Positions 38,386 to 49,799 of a stretch of 64,000 nt of DNA are shown one piece after another (positions within the stretch are counted from its first letter, which is position 1; each line of letters opens with the position of its first letter). The DNA comes from Heptranchias perlo (lineage: Eukaryota): assembly GCF_035084215.1 (NCBI RefSeq), contig NC_090326.1, positions 137,020,001 to 137,084,000 of the forward strand. Direction: 5' to 3'. The translations under genes and the position numbers were made by a program. The notes under the pieces are model-generated. The model was not told the DNA's origin. It searched no databases and worked only from the letters and a program-made list of their open reading frames with translations.

Positions 38386-39789
38386 GCTGACAAAATGGGG
38401 GAGGGGCTAGGGGAGTTATAAACGAAGATTGAAATCACTAAGAATGAGGAGTCACTTGTGCAGATGCTAGATGAAGTGAAGAAGTTTCTAGGGGAATTGG
38501 GAGGGTGGTAATTCAATGACTTTCAAAAAAGTGTGAGTTATAAAAGAGGACAGGTTGAGATGGGACCTCATAATGACAGCCACACTGCTGATGCAATGTC
38601 TTGCACAGGGAACGTGTAGCCAGGCTGGGAGGCCTCAGTGCGAGGGAAGAAATCACCATCTGTGAGTCAAATTTCGATCAAGCCATTTAATGCATTACTT
38701 GCAAGTTATGAAGTTAAAGGAAAATTGGATTATAAAACATTAAATTCTACTTCACAAAGTATTTTTATTTGCTTGACAACTCAAAATTCTAATAACAAGG
38801 GAATTTACTGTAACCTCATTACAATGAAGTACACAGTAAATTAATTCTACATACAATTAATCCAGTCAAATTACTTGTAAGCTATATCATAACCATATAG
38901 CTGCATTACAATAAAGAGTTAAATAGGAAGTTTTTTTTATTTTGCTGGAATTCAAAAATTACATAACTGTGCAAATTGTGGACACAAAGAAAAATACATA
39001 TATTATTTACAAAGGAGTAAATAATCCAAGAAAGAATCAACTCAACTTCAAGAAAGACCGTAAAAACTGTAAAAAAGCATGAATTAGCAATTTCAGTACA
39101 ATACATCATGCAGCACAAGCTAGTAAACAAGGATTAATTTCTACACGCTCCAGCACAATTCTAATTAGCATGCATAAGAATGGCACATATAAATGCTATG
39201 CAATGACATAATAACTCAAAACCTGCTGAAATTTCCCTACATTACTAGAACGTAGTCGGGAATTGGGGGAAAATACATTAATTCCATTCTCATACACAAA
39301 TGCTTTCAAATGCAATGTGTTCCCAATAGCAAAACAAAGTTAGCCTCAAGCACAAGGCACAGCTTAACAATCTCCTGTACACTCAGCTCATAAAACTTAT
39401 ACAATTGCTATATCGATGACATTTCTGCTTCAGAGACAGAAAAAATACCAACTTGATTGTCACTCACTATGCCAGAAATTCAAACTGAAATACTCATTGC
39501 AATATATCTGTTATTATTACTGCAATGAACTGCACTAATCAGATCTTTGTAGATTCAATCACACCAAATCATAATGAGAAATATCCAATCACAATGTAAA
39601 CACCAGATCAAGAGGTGTTGAAAGCTTATTTGTAATGAAGTGCTATTAATAAAAGGGCATTAATTTTGTTAAGACTAGCTCTAATCAAATATTATAGTTA
39701 ATACAAATTTAAGAGATACATTTGCACTTAGAAAAAGAAATAGTTTGATTGCTATTGCAGGATAATTTATATTAAAATAAAATACTAAC

Positions 39790-39873
39790 TTGATCAGAAT
39801 GCTGCGAATACAAATACGATGATGGAGCACAGAGATGTTCAGAGGAATTGCGCTTGTGCTTTTTTGAAGTGAA
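39790..39873 (-). CDS. Probable alternative ARHGAP12 exon (FTSKKHKRNSSEHLCAPSSYLYSQHSDQ)
   Basis: ttttgatttttctag| acceptor and CAA|gttagt donor, 84 nt, phase 0-0, open. HKRNSSEH resembles the ARHGAP15 motif RHRRNHSQH. Confidence 0.55.
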
Positions 39874-41277
39874 CTAGAAAAATCAAAATGTTTCTCATTG
39901 GTTACTCATATATCTTCAGTTTACTGAGACAATACTGATGTACAAATTCAGAAAGAACTTGAATCATTCTCAAATAAACTTAAATAAAGGATTGACAACT
40001 ACTCCAGTAATCGGTGAAGTCAATCACCATATAAGCATTTGTTTTTATTTTTTCCCTGCCTGATCTCATCAGTTTATAAATTTTTAAATGATTTCTAATG
40101 ATTAATTATTTAGTCCACTATTTACTAGAAAATACTCAATGTCAAAATGTCATAGGTATTTTAAAATACTTTCCTCCATAATATTAAAACCCTTTAGTGG
40201 GGAAAAAAACAGCCATTTTCTTCGATCATAACTGGAAATTATGAGAACAGATATAGAGTGGGTTACAATTATAAAACAGTACTTCAAATTTATTTACTAT
40301 TTTAATTAGAAGTATAGGGTTATTACAGAACTTTTTTTCAATTATTGTACTGTCAAATCATACCTTTATAAACCTGCTGTCTAATTCAGAATTTATCTTA
40401 CATGGGGTTATTGCAAATCTTCAAGTATAATGTATTTCTTTCCCCCAAAAATCCAAAACTGTGGGATGTGTACTGTACAGATACAGAAATATTAACATTT
40501 TTACTCGAACAATATGCAGCTCAAAGAGTGAGAAACAGTATGAATGTGTGCTTTAGCATACACTATGATTGGGTGTATATTTGAAAATTTACAATACTTA
40601 TACAAATTTCTTATTCTTAAAGTCCTAAAGTCCTGGAATTTTCAACATTGTGCTCTACATTTGTATAAAATTTAGATTCAATTAAAAATGCAGTGCAGTG
40701 TTTAAATACACTGTGACTATTTTTGTAAAGCACAAAATACATTTAAGCCATTTGAACTATTAAAAATATACAATTAAAATATACTATTAAAAAATTAGAA
40801 TAAAATTATAGCTACAAATTATATGATAAAGAAATTTTACATTTTTCACTGAAATAAATGCTTGTTTTTTTATTACTATGTAGCTATTTCAAATAGAATG
40901 TGCTTTTGTTAAATTTCCCAAATTAATTTGTTTCACCTGTGAATGTATATAGATTTGAAATATCCCAAAGCCATTTTGTTGAAGCTGAATATGGTTCATT
41001 TGTATTATGAAAAAGTACTGAAACTTGTTTGGGAATGCAACAGTTAAAATGCTTTTTATCACTTCCCCTGACAGTCGAGTGGGTAAGGGCAGATTCAATC
41101 TCAGATAGCATAGCTAAAATCAATATATGAAAAAAAAAATCACACACGTGATCCTATATCCTATCACTTTACGTACAATGTGTTGGTGCTTCATAAAATT
41201 TTAAAGACACCAACATTTTCATTAAATTTTAGTTTTTTGCCCAGCCATAATTTTGTTTTTAAGTTACACTTTCTTAC

Positions 41278-41418
41278 TGACACTGAATTTTGCAGAGATG
41301 AAGTAATATCCAATACAATCCAGTGATTTGTTTTGCCATGTTTTTGTGCTGTGGTGTTTCTATGAAATTCTGCATCACACCTGTTGTGAGACCATTTTGA
41401 ATGTATATACAGTGAAAC
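41278..41418 (-). other. Candidate 141-nt exon whose acceptor lies in a transposon TIR
   Basis: tttacag|GTT..TCA|gtaaga, 47 open codons ending KHGKTNHWIVLDITSSLQNSVS. Confidence 0.3.
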
Positions 41419-41914
41419 CTGTAAATTAGGGACACCTAAGAGACTTGCATCAGGTGTCCTTTATTTGCTGTGTCCTTATTTTCAAAATGGTCATTGTATG
41501 TACAATAAACCAGATGAGCCAAATATTGGCTGCACCTCCCTTTTTTCGCACTCACCTGGGATCGTGCCTAATTCTGGAGCCCCGCCAGCAGGATGTGATT
41601 TCTGTTTGTTGTGTTTCCCAATTCATTGCCATCCCGGGGTCCTTTTTCACTGAGGGAGGGATGTCCTGATCCTGGGATCTGCTACATTGGCAGCCTGCAC
41701 AGGGCAAGATGGCTGTTGTAGGGCCAGAGTGACAGGGAGATCCCAGCCAAAATGGGGGGAATTAATGTCCTGCAGACCCCTGTCCCTCCATGTGCTGCAG
41801 CTGCAAATGTTTGATGTGCTGAGGGGTGAGTAGGGGGCTGTTAGCAGCTTATTAGTACCTGACGTACTGGTGGAGTAGGGTGACCAACTCTGGTTGGATG
41901 CATTACTGGAGGTT

Positions 41915-42016
41915 TGATCATGTGATGTTCTGAACACGACATATGACCATGTGACGTCGGATCACATGATGTCAGATCGCACGACATCAGATCATATGAC
42001 ATCAGATCACATGACT
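41915..42016. repeat. About 15-bp tandem repeat (ATCACATGACATCAG-like), roughly 7 degenerate units
   Basis: gatcatgtgatg, gatcacatgatgtcag, atcgcacgacatcag, atcatatgacatcag, atcacatgac. Follows a hAT-like TAGGGTGACCA motif at about 41876. Confidence 0.7.
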
Positions 42017-42204
42017 TCTACAAATGTTATTGGATTTACCTTATAAAGGTTGGGTCCACTGTAGTTGAGAATCTTTATCTGTGGTTTTGCGCCAGCAGCT
42101 GTTGTGTGAGAAGTTCCAAGAACCAGGAGGCCACCCGTGAGCAGGCGAAGAGGTGAAACCCAAGGCGGGAAAGAGGGGATATGGAGGGCAGGGAAAAGAG
42201 CAAA

Positions 42205-42480
42205 CCAATCTCTCCATCTCTCTCTCCCCAGTCCCTATTCTCCAGTCTTCATCTCTTCCCCCAAGCTCCCATTCCCCACTCTCCCTCTCCCCCAGCCCCC
42301 ATTCCCCAGTCTCCATCTCTCCCCCAAGCCTCTATTCCCCAGTCTCCCTCTCTGAGTCTCCATCTCTCCCTCTCCCCCATTCCCCCGATTCTCCAGTCTC
42401 CCTCTCCCCCATTCCCTAGACTCCCTCTCCTTCAGCCCCCATTCTCCCTCTCTCCTGAGTCCCCATTCCCCCTCCCAACA
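42205..42480. repeat. Pyrimidine-rich low-complexity minisatellite
   Basis: Repeated CCCCATTCCCCAGTCTCCCTCTC-like units. Confidence 0.8.
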
Positions 42481-42937
42481 TTTCAGCCGCCCGCAATTTC
42501 AGGCCCCCCCCCCACTCATGATTTCAAGCACCCCTCCATGATTTCAGGCCACCCCAAAGATTGAGCGGTTTCTCAGTCGCTATGGATGCTGGATAAAATG
42601 CCGTTTCTTTCACCCATTGCCGCCTCGCGCTTGCTTTAAGTAGTAAATGGACTTGGTGCATTGAAGGTGCTCCATAGTTCGTAATTTGAGAGTGTCCTTG
42701 GTTTCAAGGTTCAGCTTGTATCTATTACAACGTAAGTTATATGGGACTGTCAGTAAGTGTCTGTTTTTTGCAGGTGATCGTTTGTACAGGTTTCACTATA
42801 CCTAGCATTCCATTTAGCAGAATGTAAGCAACTTCATCCACAACCAAGGTTACTCTCAGTTCTAAATAAGTTAATTTAATTCTTTAAATATTGTGTTGCA
42901 AAGAAAAGTAAGATACAAAGACAACTATTACTGAGGC

Positions 42938-43153
42938 AGAAAACGCTGGAAACACTCAGCAGGTCAGGCAGCATCTGTGAAGAGATAAAGGAGTTAACGT
43001 TTCAGGTCGATGACCTTTGAGTTCTGATGAAAGGTCATCGGCCTGAAATGTTAACTCTTTTTCTCCTTCCACAGATGCTGCCTGACCTGCTACGTATTTC
43101 CAGCATTTCCTGATTTACTTTCAGAATTCTAGCATCCGTAGTATTTTGCTTTT
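42938..43153. mobile_element. Second-family PLE terminal hairpin with a hammerhead motif (43019-43057)
   Basis: Imperfect arms 42938-43018 and 43030-43112, plus a tail. GAGTT-CTGATGA-A-AGGTC(ATC)GGCCT-GAAA-TG-TT-AACTC. Degenerate flanking duplication tattactgag/tatcactaag. Confidence 0.75.
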
Positions 43154-43984
43154 GTATCACTAAGATATTTCTGCCCAAATTACAGGACAGATGAAAAAAG
43201 AAAGATCCATTTATATAGTGCCTTATCACATCCTCCTGAGTCAGAGTGCTTCACAAACAATTAATTTTGAAGTGTAATCGCTATTGTTCTGTCAGCAAAT
43301 GCAGCAATAAACATGTACACAACAATGCTCCACAGACAGCAATGTAAGTACGTTATACAGAGCCACCATTCTGAATTAACCATCATGTATGTTCGTATCA
43401 GCAGTTTTATGTACTAACCAAAAGGAATGATAGCTTATTTAACAGGGTGCGGTTTAAGGTGCAATTTCCTACCTTTTCAAGGTCCAATTGCCCAACTCCA
43501 TAAGTGCTATGTCGCCAATTTGTCAATACTAAAGGCTCAGCTGGCTTCCGGTCCAGGCTTCTGCTTTTACTAACAACTTCTTGTTGCTTTGCTGTGATGT
43601 TGTACTAGTAATAAAAAAAAACATTATAATGCAAACAACATGCATGCCAATCTACAAAAACGAGCAAAAGCTGACCAAATAGCTTCAATAATTCTGACAC
43701 GGACAGAAAAATGTTAATTCAAAAATGGCCCTGAATATAGGCCTACGACACGTGGAAAAAATTATTATACTGAAGTTGCAGTGAGACATCAGATGGCTTT
43801 TGTAACTTAACCTTTCTCTCCTGCCGCCATTGTGTGCTCAGTGCCCAAGCAGTAGCTACGTCTGGTGGGGTGAGAGATGTCACCCTACAGCTTGAAACAG
43901 CTCTGGGACACGAGGCAGTCATGTGCAGGTGCTGCATCCATCTCCCCATAATGTGTAGCCAGCCAGTTCCAGCTTGTCCTCTCT

Positions 43985-44425
43985 ATAAGAACATAAGAAA
44001 TAGGAGCAGGAGTAGGCCATACGACCCCTCGAGCCTACTCCGCCATTCAATAAGATCATGGCTGATCTTCGACCTCAACTCCACTTTCCCGCCGAATCCC
44101 CATGTCCTTTGATTCCCTTAGAGTCCAAAAATCTATCTATCTCAGCCTTGAATATATTCAACCACTGAGCAGCCACAGCCCTCTGGGGTAGAGAATTCCA
44201 AAGATTCACAATCCTATGAGTGAAGAAATTGCTCCACATCTCAGTCCTAATTGGCTGACCCCTTATCCAGAGACCATGCCCCCTAGTTCTAGACTCTCCA
44301 CCCAGGCGAAACAGCCTCTCAGCATCTACCCTGTCAAGCCCTCTCAGAATCTTATATGTTGAATGAGATCACCTCTCATTCTTTTGAACTCGAGAGTTTA
44401 GGCCCATTCTACTCAATTCTACTCT
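43985..44425 (-). mobile_element. CR1 LINE 3' fragment
   Basis: taagaacataagaaataggagcaggagtaggcc tail, same family as 5727 and 62446. Confidence 0.85.
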
Positions 44426-45689
44426 CTGGCGCTTGCAGAGTGCTTTTGGCACTTGTGCTCAGAGATCAGCTGGAAAAAAGGACACTAGATGCATTGCCCA
44501 CCATACCCCTTCTACTGCACCTTGAAGTGGTGAGTCCTTCACTGCTAACACTTAAGGGACATGGGAGACTTCACCATCATCAGGCTTTTTTCTTTGCCTT
44601 TCATCCACTTCCATTTCCGACAGCTAAGACACAAATAACGTGTGTAGAAATCATAATGCCTCACCTCAGCTGCTGCAAAAGCGACAAAAATCCTTCCCTT
44701 AGACCCTCAAAATCTTATTAATTCATATCAACCAAACAATAATTTAACTTTGAAGTTGTAACCCTTGCCTTATCTACAGCTATGATACAAAGGAAGTCTG
44801 ATCCCGATCCTCACTTCCATCTGTCCCGCTGAGTGAGAAAGTCAAATGGAAATGGCAGTGCATTCATATTACAAAATGGGCTGCTATGGCTTATAAGCCA
44901 GCCTCTGCAGAGCGTGGGATGTTTGAATCTCCAGGTAAACATGGACAAATAGATACTGATCATGAAAAGCACTGACAGTTGGCATGTATAGTAGTATTTC
45001 ATTTTAAGGGTCATGGCCCTTCATCTAGTTTTCTCAATAGAAAATTATCTTAAAATATATGGCATTCACTGTTTACAAAATACATTTTTCTTCCCGCTAA
45101 AAAAAATCTTAAATATGGTTTTAAGCAGAGTAGAAATCATCAATTTTACAATATATCTTTTTGCTTCCGTTCTTAAATGGAAACATCAGGACACAATCAG
45201 CCTCTAGCTACAGGCTTTTTCAAAGAGCCTCATAAACTAACAGTTCAAATGCAGTATTTGAAAGCAATTTAAGAAATTCCATTCACATGAAGCAGGTGTT
45301 TATTTACACACATCTGGTTCTTCATGTGTCTGTCCTGTACTACTTCCCCTGCACAGCAGGAGCCTGGTTGTGCTGCACTTGAATTGGTGGGCAGGTAATT
45401 GGTGGTAAGCACGAGTCTCAAAATGGTGCAAAATTCAAACAGGAACAAGAATCAGAGGGAAGGGAACACAGACATGCGATGTTTGAATCCTTGCTGAGCT
45501 TCATCAACAAAAGTGGACAAGTGGACAATGGGTCTGAAAGAGTCAATGTCTACATAGACATGTATGAAACATTACTGCTTACTAAGCTGTCTGTTCGATT
45601 CCTGTAATGTACTTACTATAAGTCTTACATTCTCTAGCAATAAATTTCTGCACTATAGTAAGCTGTACATGCATTTTAAGGTCAATAGT

Positions 45690-46065
45690 GTTTGGCTTCA
45701 TAGAAGTCATTAAGTCCAAAGCATGAAGAGAGATGTGAAGTAGGATATTTTTGGAGAAAAAAATTATGAAAGGAGTTAGACTCTTAAGAGTGGAAAAAGA
45801 GATCTAGGTGCATAGGTCTTAAAAGATGGGAGTTCAGGTTAGAAAAGGCCACAAACAGGGTAAACAAAATTCTAGTTTTTATACATAAGGGCACTGGATA
45901 TAAAAGCAAGGAAGCGATCATCAATTTGAACACTACATTAGTTAGACCAGAATGGGGAGTAATGTGTGCAGTTCACATTACAGAAAGGATATTTGAGCTA
46001 TGGAAAGGATACAGCGAAGATTTACTAGAATGATATCAGGTATAAGAGATTATAATTGAAAAAAA
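45690..46065 (+). mobile_element. Old CR1 RT C-terminal remnant
   Basis: Decayed ..CAGCGAAGATTTACTAGAATGATA.. (QRRFTRMI) motif. Confidence 0.55.
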
Positions 46066-46092
46066 TCTCAGGAACAGAGAGTGTTAAGGGAG

Positions 46093-47222
46093 TACCCAGG
46101 TATTATTGGTTGGGGTGAGGAGGAGGGGGAGGACAGAGATCTTCCCCTCGGCGGGCGGGAGGAAGCGGCCTCGTCTGGTCTGTGCAATAATGCCCTTTCC
46201 TGAGGATCACAATGAAGACCCACAACTGATGCCACCCATTGTGTCACTGCAGAGTGGGTGTAGGTGTATTTGCAGGGCTCTTTTGTGCAGACAACTGAGA
46301 GACATCGGCAATGTCCCCGGTGGCACCCTGGAAGGATGCGGAGGAGAAGTTGTTGAGGGCAGTGGTGACTTTGACAGCGACAGGTAAGAAGATGGTGCTC
46401 GGGCCAGCCAGGAGCAGCTCGGCATGAAGGAGGCTGCAGAAGTCCACAACTACATGTCGAGTGACTCTGAGCCTCCGTGTGCACTGCTGCTCAGAGGTCC
46501 AGGAAGCTGGGCCTCAGTGTGTAGACCCTGTGGCGAGGGTAGTGCCTTCTGCGACGCATCTCTCTCTGCAGTTGCCCTCCCTCCTGCTGTGCAGGTGGAT
46601 GTGTCACAGCACTGTGTTGTGGGGCTCCACGTATCAGAGGTGGACGGCGTGGCCGGTGATGCTGTTCGTCCTCCGAGGAGGTCATGACTGCAGCTACGGC
46701 GGCCCCCATCCAGAAGATGTACATTTGAGGGGGTCCGCAAGGTAGATACATGTGTCTGGACACCGAGGAAGTGTGCAAGTTGGTGAATTTTATTGTTAGG
46801 AGGAGGGTGGTGGAGGCCAAACTTCGTCCAAAGTGACAAAGTGGCCTCCTACAATGAGTGAGGGTCTCCCCCCACCCCCCCCCACCTGTCAAATGGACCT
46901 TTGCAGCTGCCACACGTCCATTTGAACTGGGTGTGTTTCCCCCAGTACAGGAAACAGTCTCAGTTCATTTCGAAATCCCACCCCTCCTAAAATGTTATGT
47001 TAATCAGGTCTGTAAATGACCTGAAATACCTTAATGAGTACTTTAATGGCACCCCACCAGCTTTAATTGCTGGCGGGAGTCCCACATGCGGGGGCTGCGC
47101 GCGCTTGTCAGCGCGTCACTGGGGAACCCGGAAGTGGATGGGTTAGGGCCAGGCTCCAATCCCCGATTTTCGCAGCCCCCCCGCCGCGAACGCACCCGCT
47201 CGGGGGTGCGAAAATCGAGCCG
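46093..47222. mobile_element. Truncated non-autonomous Harbinger copy, inverted relative to 27653-29689
   Basis: Reverse complement of about 27655-28750, right end AAAATCGAGCC, with a Myb fragment joined by an internal deletion near 46170. Confidence 0.88.
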
Positions 47223-47402
47223 TATGACTGGAAGGACTGGTTTCCATTAATAACTGAGGTACATTTCACTGATCCTTATAGGTTGATGAATGATTAGCAT
47301 GGTTCTCAATTCTGCATTTCAAAATGGCTAATATTAGTTTATAATTTTTGTACATTTTAGGGAACCTACATTAAAGCTTTCTGGAGAGTTTCATAATTCC
47401 AG

Positions 47403-49120
47403 ATGAATATCTGCCTAAATTTTACAGAACTAAGAGGTGATTGGGCAGAAGTGGACTGGGCACAACTACTTGAGGAGAAATCAGTGGCAAGCCAGTGGGA
47501 GGCACTAAGAAGTGAAATTCTACGGGTACAATGCAGACAAGTCCCCTCAAAGAAAAAGGGTGGCACTGCCAAATTTAGAGCCCCCTGGTTGTCTAGAAGT
47601 ATACGGGGCAAGATAAAGCAAAAAAAGAAAGCTTATGATTGTCACAGAAAACTAAATACTGCAGAAAGCCTAGAGGAGTATAGAAAGCACAGGGATGACG
47701 TAAAAAAGGAAATAAGGAAAGCAAAGAGAGGGCATGAAAAAATATTAGTTAGTAAGATTAAAGAAAACCCAAAGATGTTTTATCAGTACATTAAGAACAA
47801 GAGGATAGCTAAGGAAAAGGTGGGACCGATCAGGGATGATAAGGGTAACTTGTGTGTAGAAGCAGAGGATGTGGTTAGGGTTTTAAATGAATATTTTGTC
47901 TACGTATTCACAAAGGAAAGGGATGATCCGGACGTAGTAGTTAAAGAGGAGAGGTGTGAAATATTGGATAAGGTAAACATAACGAGAGAGGAAGTACCAG
48001 AGGGACTGGAATCCTTGAAAGTTGATAAGTCACCAACTCCTAGGCTATTGAAGGAAGCCAGGGAGGAAATAGCGGATGCTCAGAGGATCATTTTCCAATC
48101 CTCACTAGATACAGGGGAGGTTACCGGAGGACTGGAAGACTGTACCATTGTTTAAAAAGGGTACGAGGGAAAGGCCAAACAATTATAGGCCGGTCAGTCT
48201 TAACTTGGTGGTGGGCAAACTATTAGAATCAATACTGAAAGGATAAACTGTCACATGGAAAGGCATGGTTTAATCAGGAGTAGTCAGCATGGATTTGTTC
48301 AAGGGAAGGTCATGCCTTACAAATCTGATTGAATTCTTTGAGGAAGTGACAAGGAGGATTGATGAGGGTAGTGCAGTGGATGTTGTCTACATGGATTTTA
48401 GTAAGGCATTTGACAAGGTCCCACATGGCAGACTGGTCAGAAAGATAAAAGCCCATGGGATACAGAGAAATGTGGCGAATTGGATCCAAAATTAGCTCAG
48501 TAACAGGAAACAAAGGGTAAAAGTCGATGGGTATCTTTGCGAATGGAAATCCGTTTCCAGTGGTGTGCCACAGGGCTCAGTGTTGGGGCCCTTGCTGCTT
48601 GTGGTATATATTAATGATTTGGACTTGAATGTAGGGGGCATGATTGGCAAATTTGCAGATGACACAAAAATTGGCCTTGTAGTTGATAATGAAGAGGATA
48701 GCTGTAGACTCCAAGAAGATATCAATGGGTTGGTGGAGTGGGCGGAAAAGTAGCAAATGGAGTTCAACCCGGAGAAGTGTGAGGTAATGCACTGAGGGAG
48801 GGCAAACAGTAAAAGGGAATACACAGTAAACCGGAATATTGAGAGGGTAAAGCAAATGAGAGACCTTGGAGTGCATGTGCACAGGTCCCTGAAGGTGGCA
48901 GTACAGGTAGATAAGGTTGTGAAGAAGGCACACGGAATGCTCTCCGTTATTAGCCGAGGTATAGAATACAAAATCAGGGATGTAATGATGGAACTGTATA
49001 AAACGCTGGTAAGGCCACAGCTGGAGTATTGTGCGCAGTTCTGTTCACCACATTACAGGAAGGACGTAATTGCTCCGGAGAGAGTGCAGAGAAGATTTAC
49101 AAGAATGTTGCCAGGGCTTG
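47403..49120 (+). mobile_element. CR1 LINE ORF2 fragment (frameshifted RT)
   Basis: KIKENPKMFYQYI, GRSCLTNLIEFFE, YMDFSKAFDKVPH, PQGSVLGP, KFADDTK, LVRPQLEYC. Confidence 0.92.
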
Positions 49121-49799
49121 GGTGTTCCCGCCAGCTCCGCTTGTGAACTACCCAGTGAAGCAGAAATCCGCTATCGAAAGTAGAATCATTGATGTCCACT
49201 CTCTGCTTTGAGATCCAAATTGAGTCAAACGAATATCAAAAAGGTCACAATTAAATACAGCTGTTGCTCTCAGCAAGATTCAAAAGCATCAGGCTGTGCT
49301 CTCAGAAACCTGTTTCCAGTCATCTACCTCCTTTCAGGTCAAAGCCAAGCTGTGAGAGCCTTGTTTGCAAGACCCGTAATGTGGCATATAATCACAAATA
49401 ATTAGATCTGTCTCCTTCTCATAGCCAAGTTAAGTCTTTCTGTCATCAATATGGACTTGGCAGTTAACACAAATTAAGCAGTAATATTAATCCAGAAGAT
49501 AAATGAAGGGTACTTCTGGTACCCATACAGTCAGTTTTCAGAGTGCAATAAATAAATTAAAGTGGCCACCAGCTGATCGGCTATTAACATTCAAATAAGT
49601 ATTATAAAAATATGGTGTCTTTTATGATTAGAAACATGATTCATTTCATGTTGACACACTGCAGCACTGCAAGCTAAACATACAAAAATATTTTGAATTT
49701 TTTGAGGAGCAATATCCTTAAATACACAATTTTTGTTTATCTCATCAACAACCATAGGAATCAAACAAGGTAAGAGACAGTATCAAGCTAAAAGAAACA

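Larger units (their letters stand above)
41410..42798. mobile_element. Non-autonomous Tc1/mariner (pogo/Tigger-like) element
   Basis: TIRs CAGTGAAACCTGTA and TACAGGTTTCACT(A), each flanked by TA (41408-41409, 42799-42800). Confidence 0.75.

Noticed and set aside
42041-42564. Pro/Ser-rich ORFs
   Set aside because: Translations of a low-complexity pyrimidine repeat.
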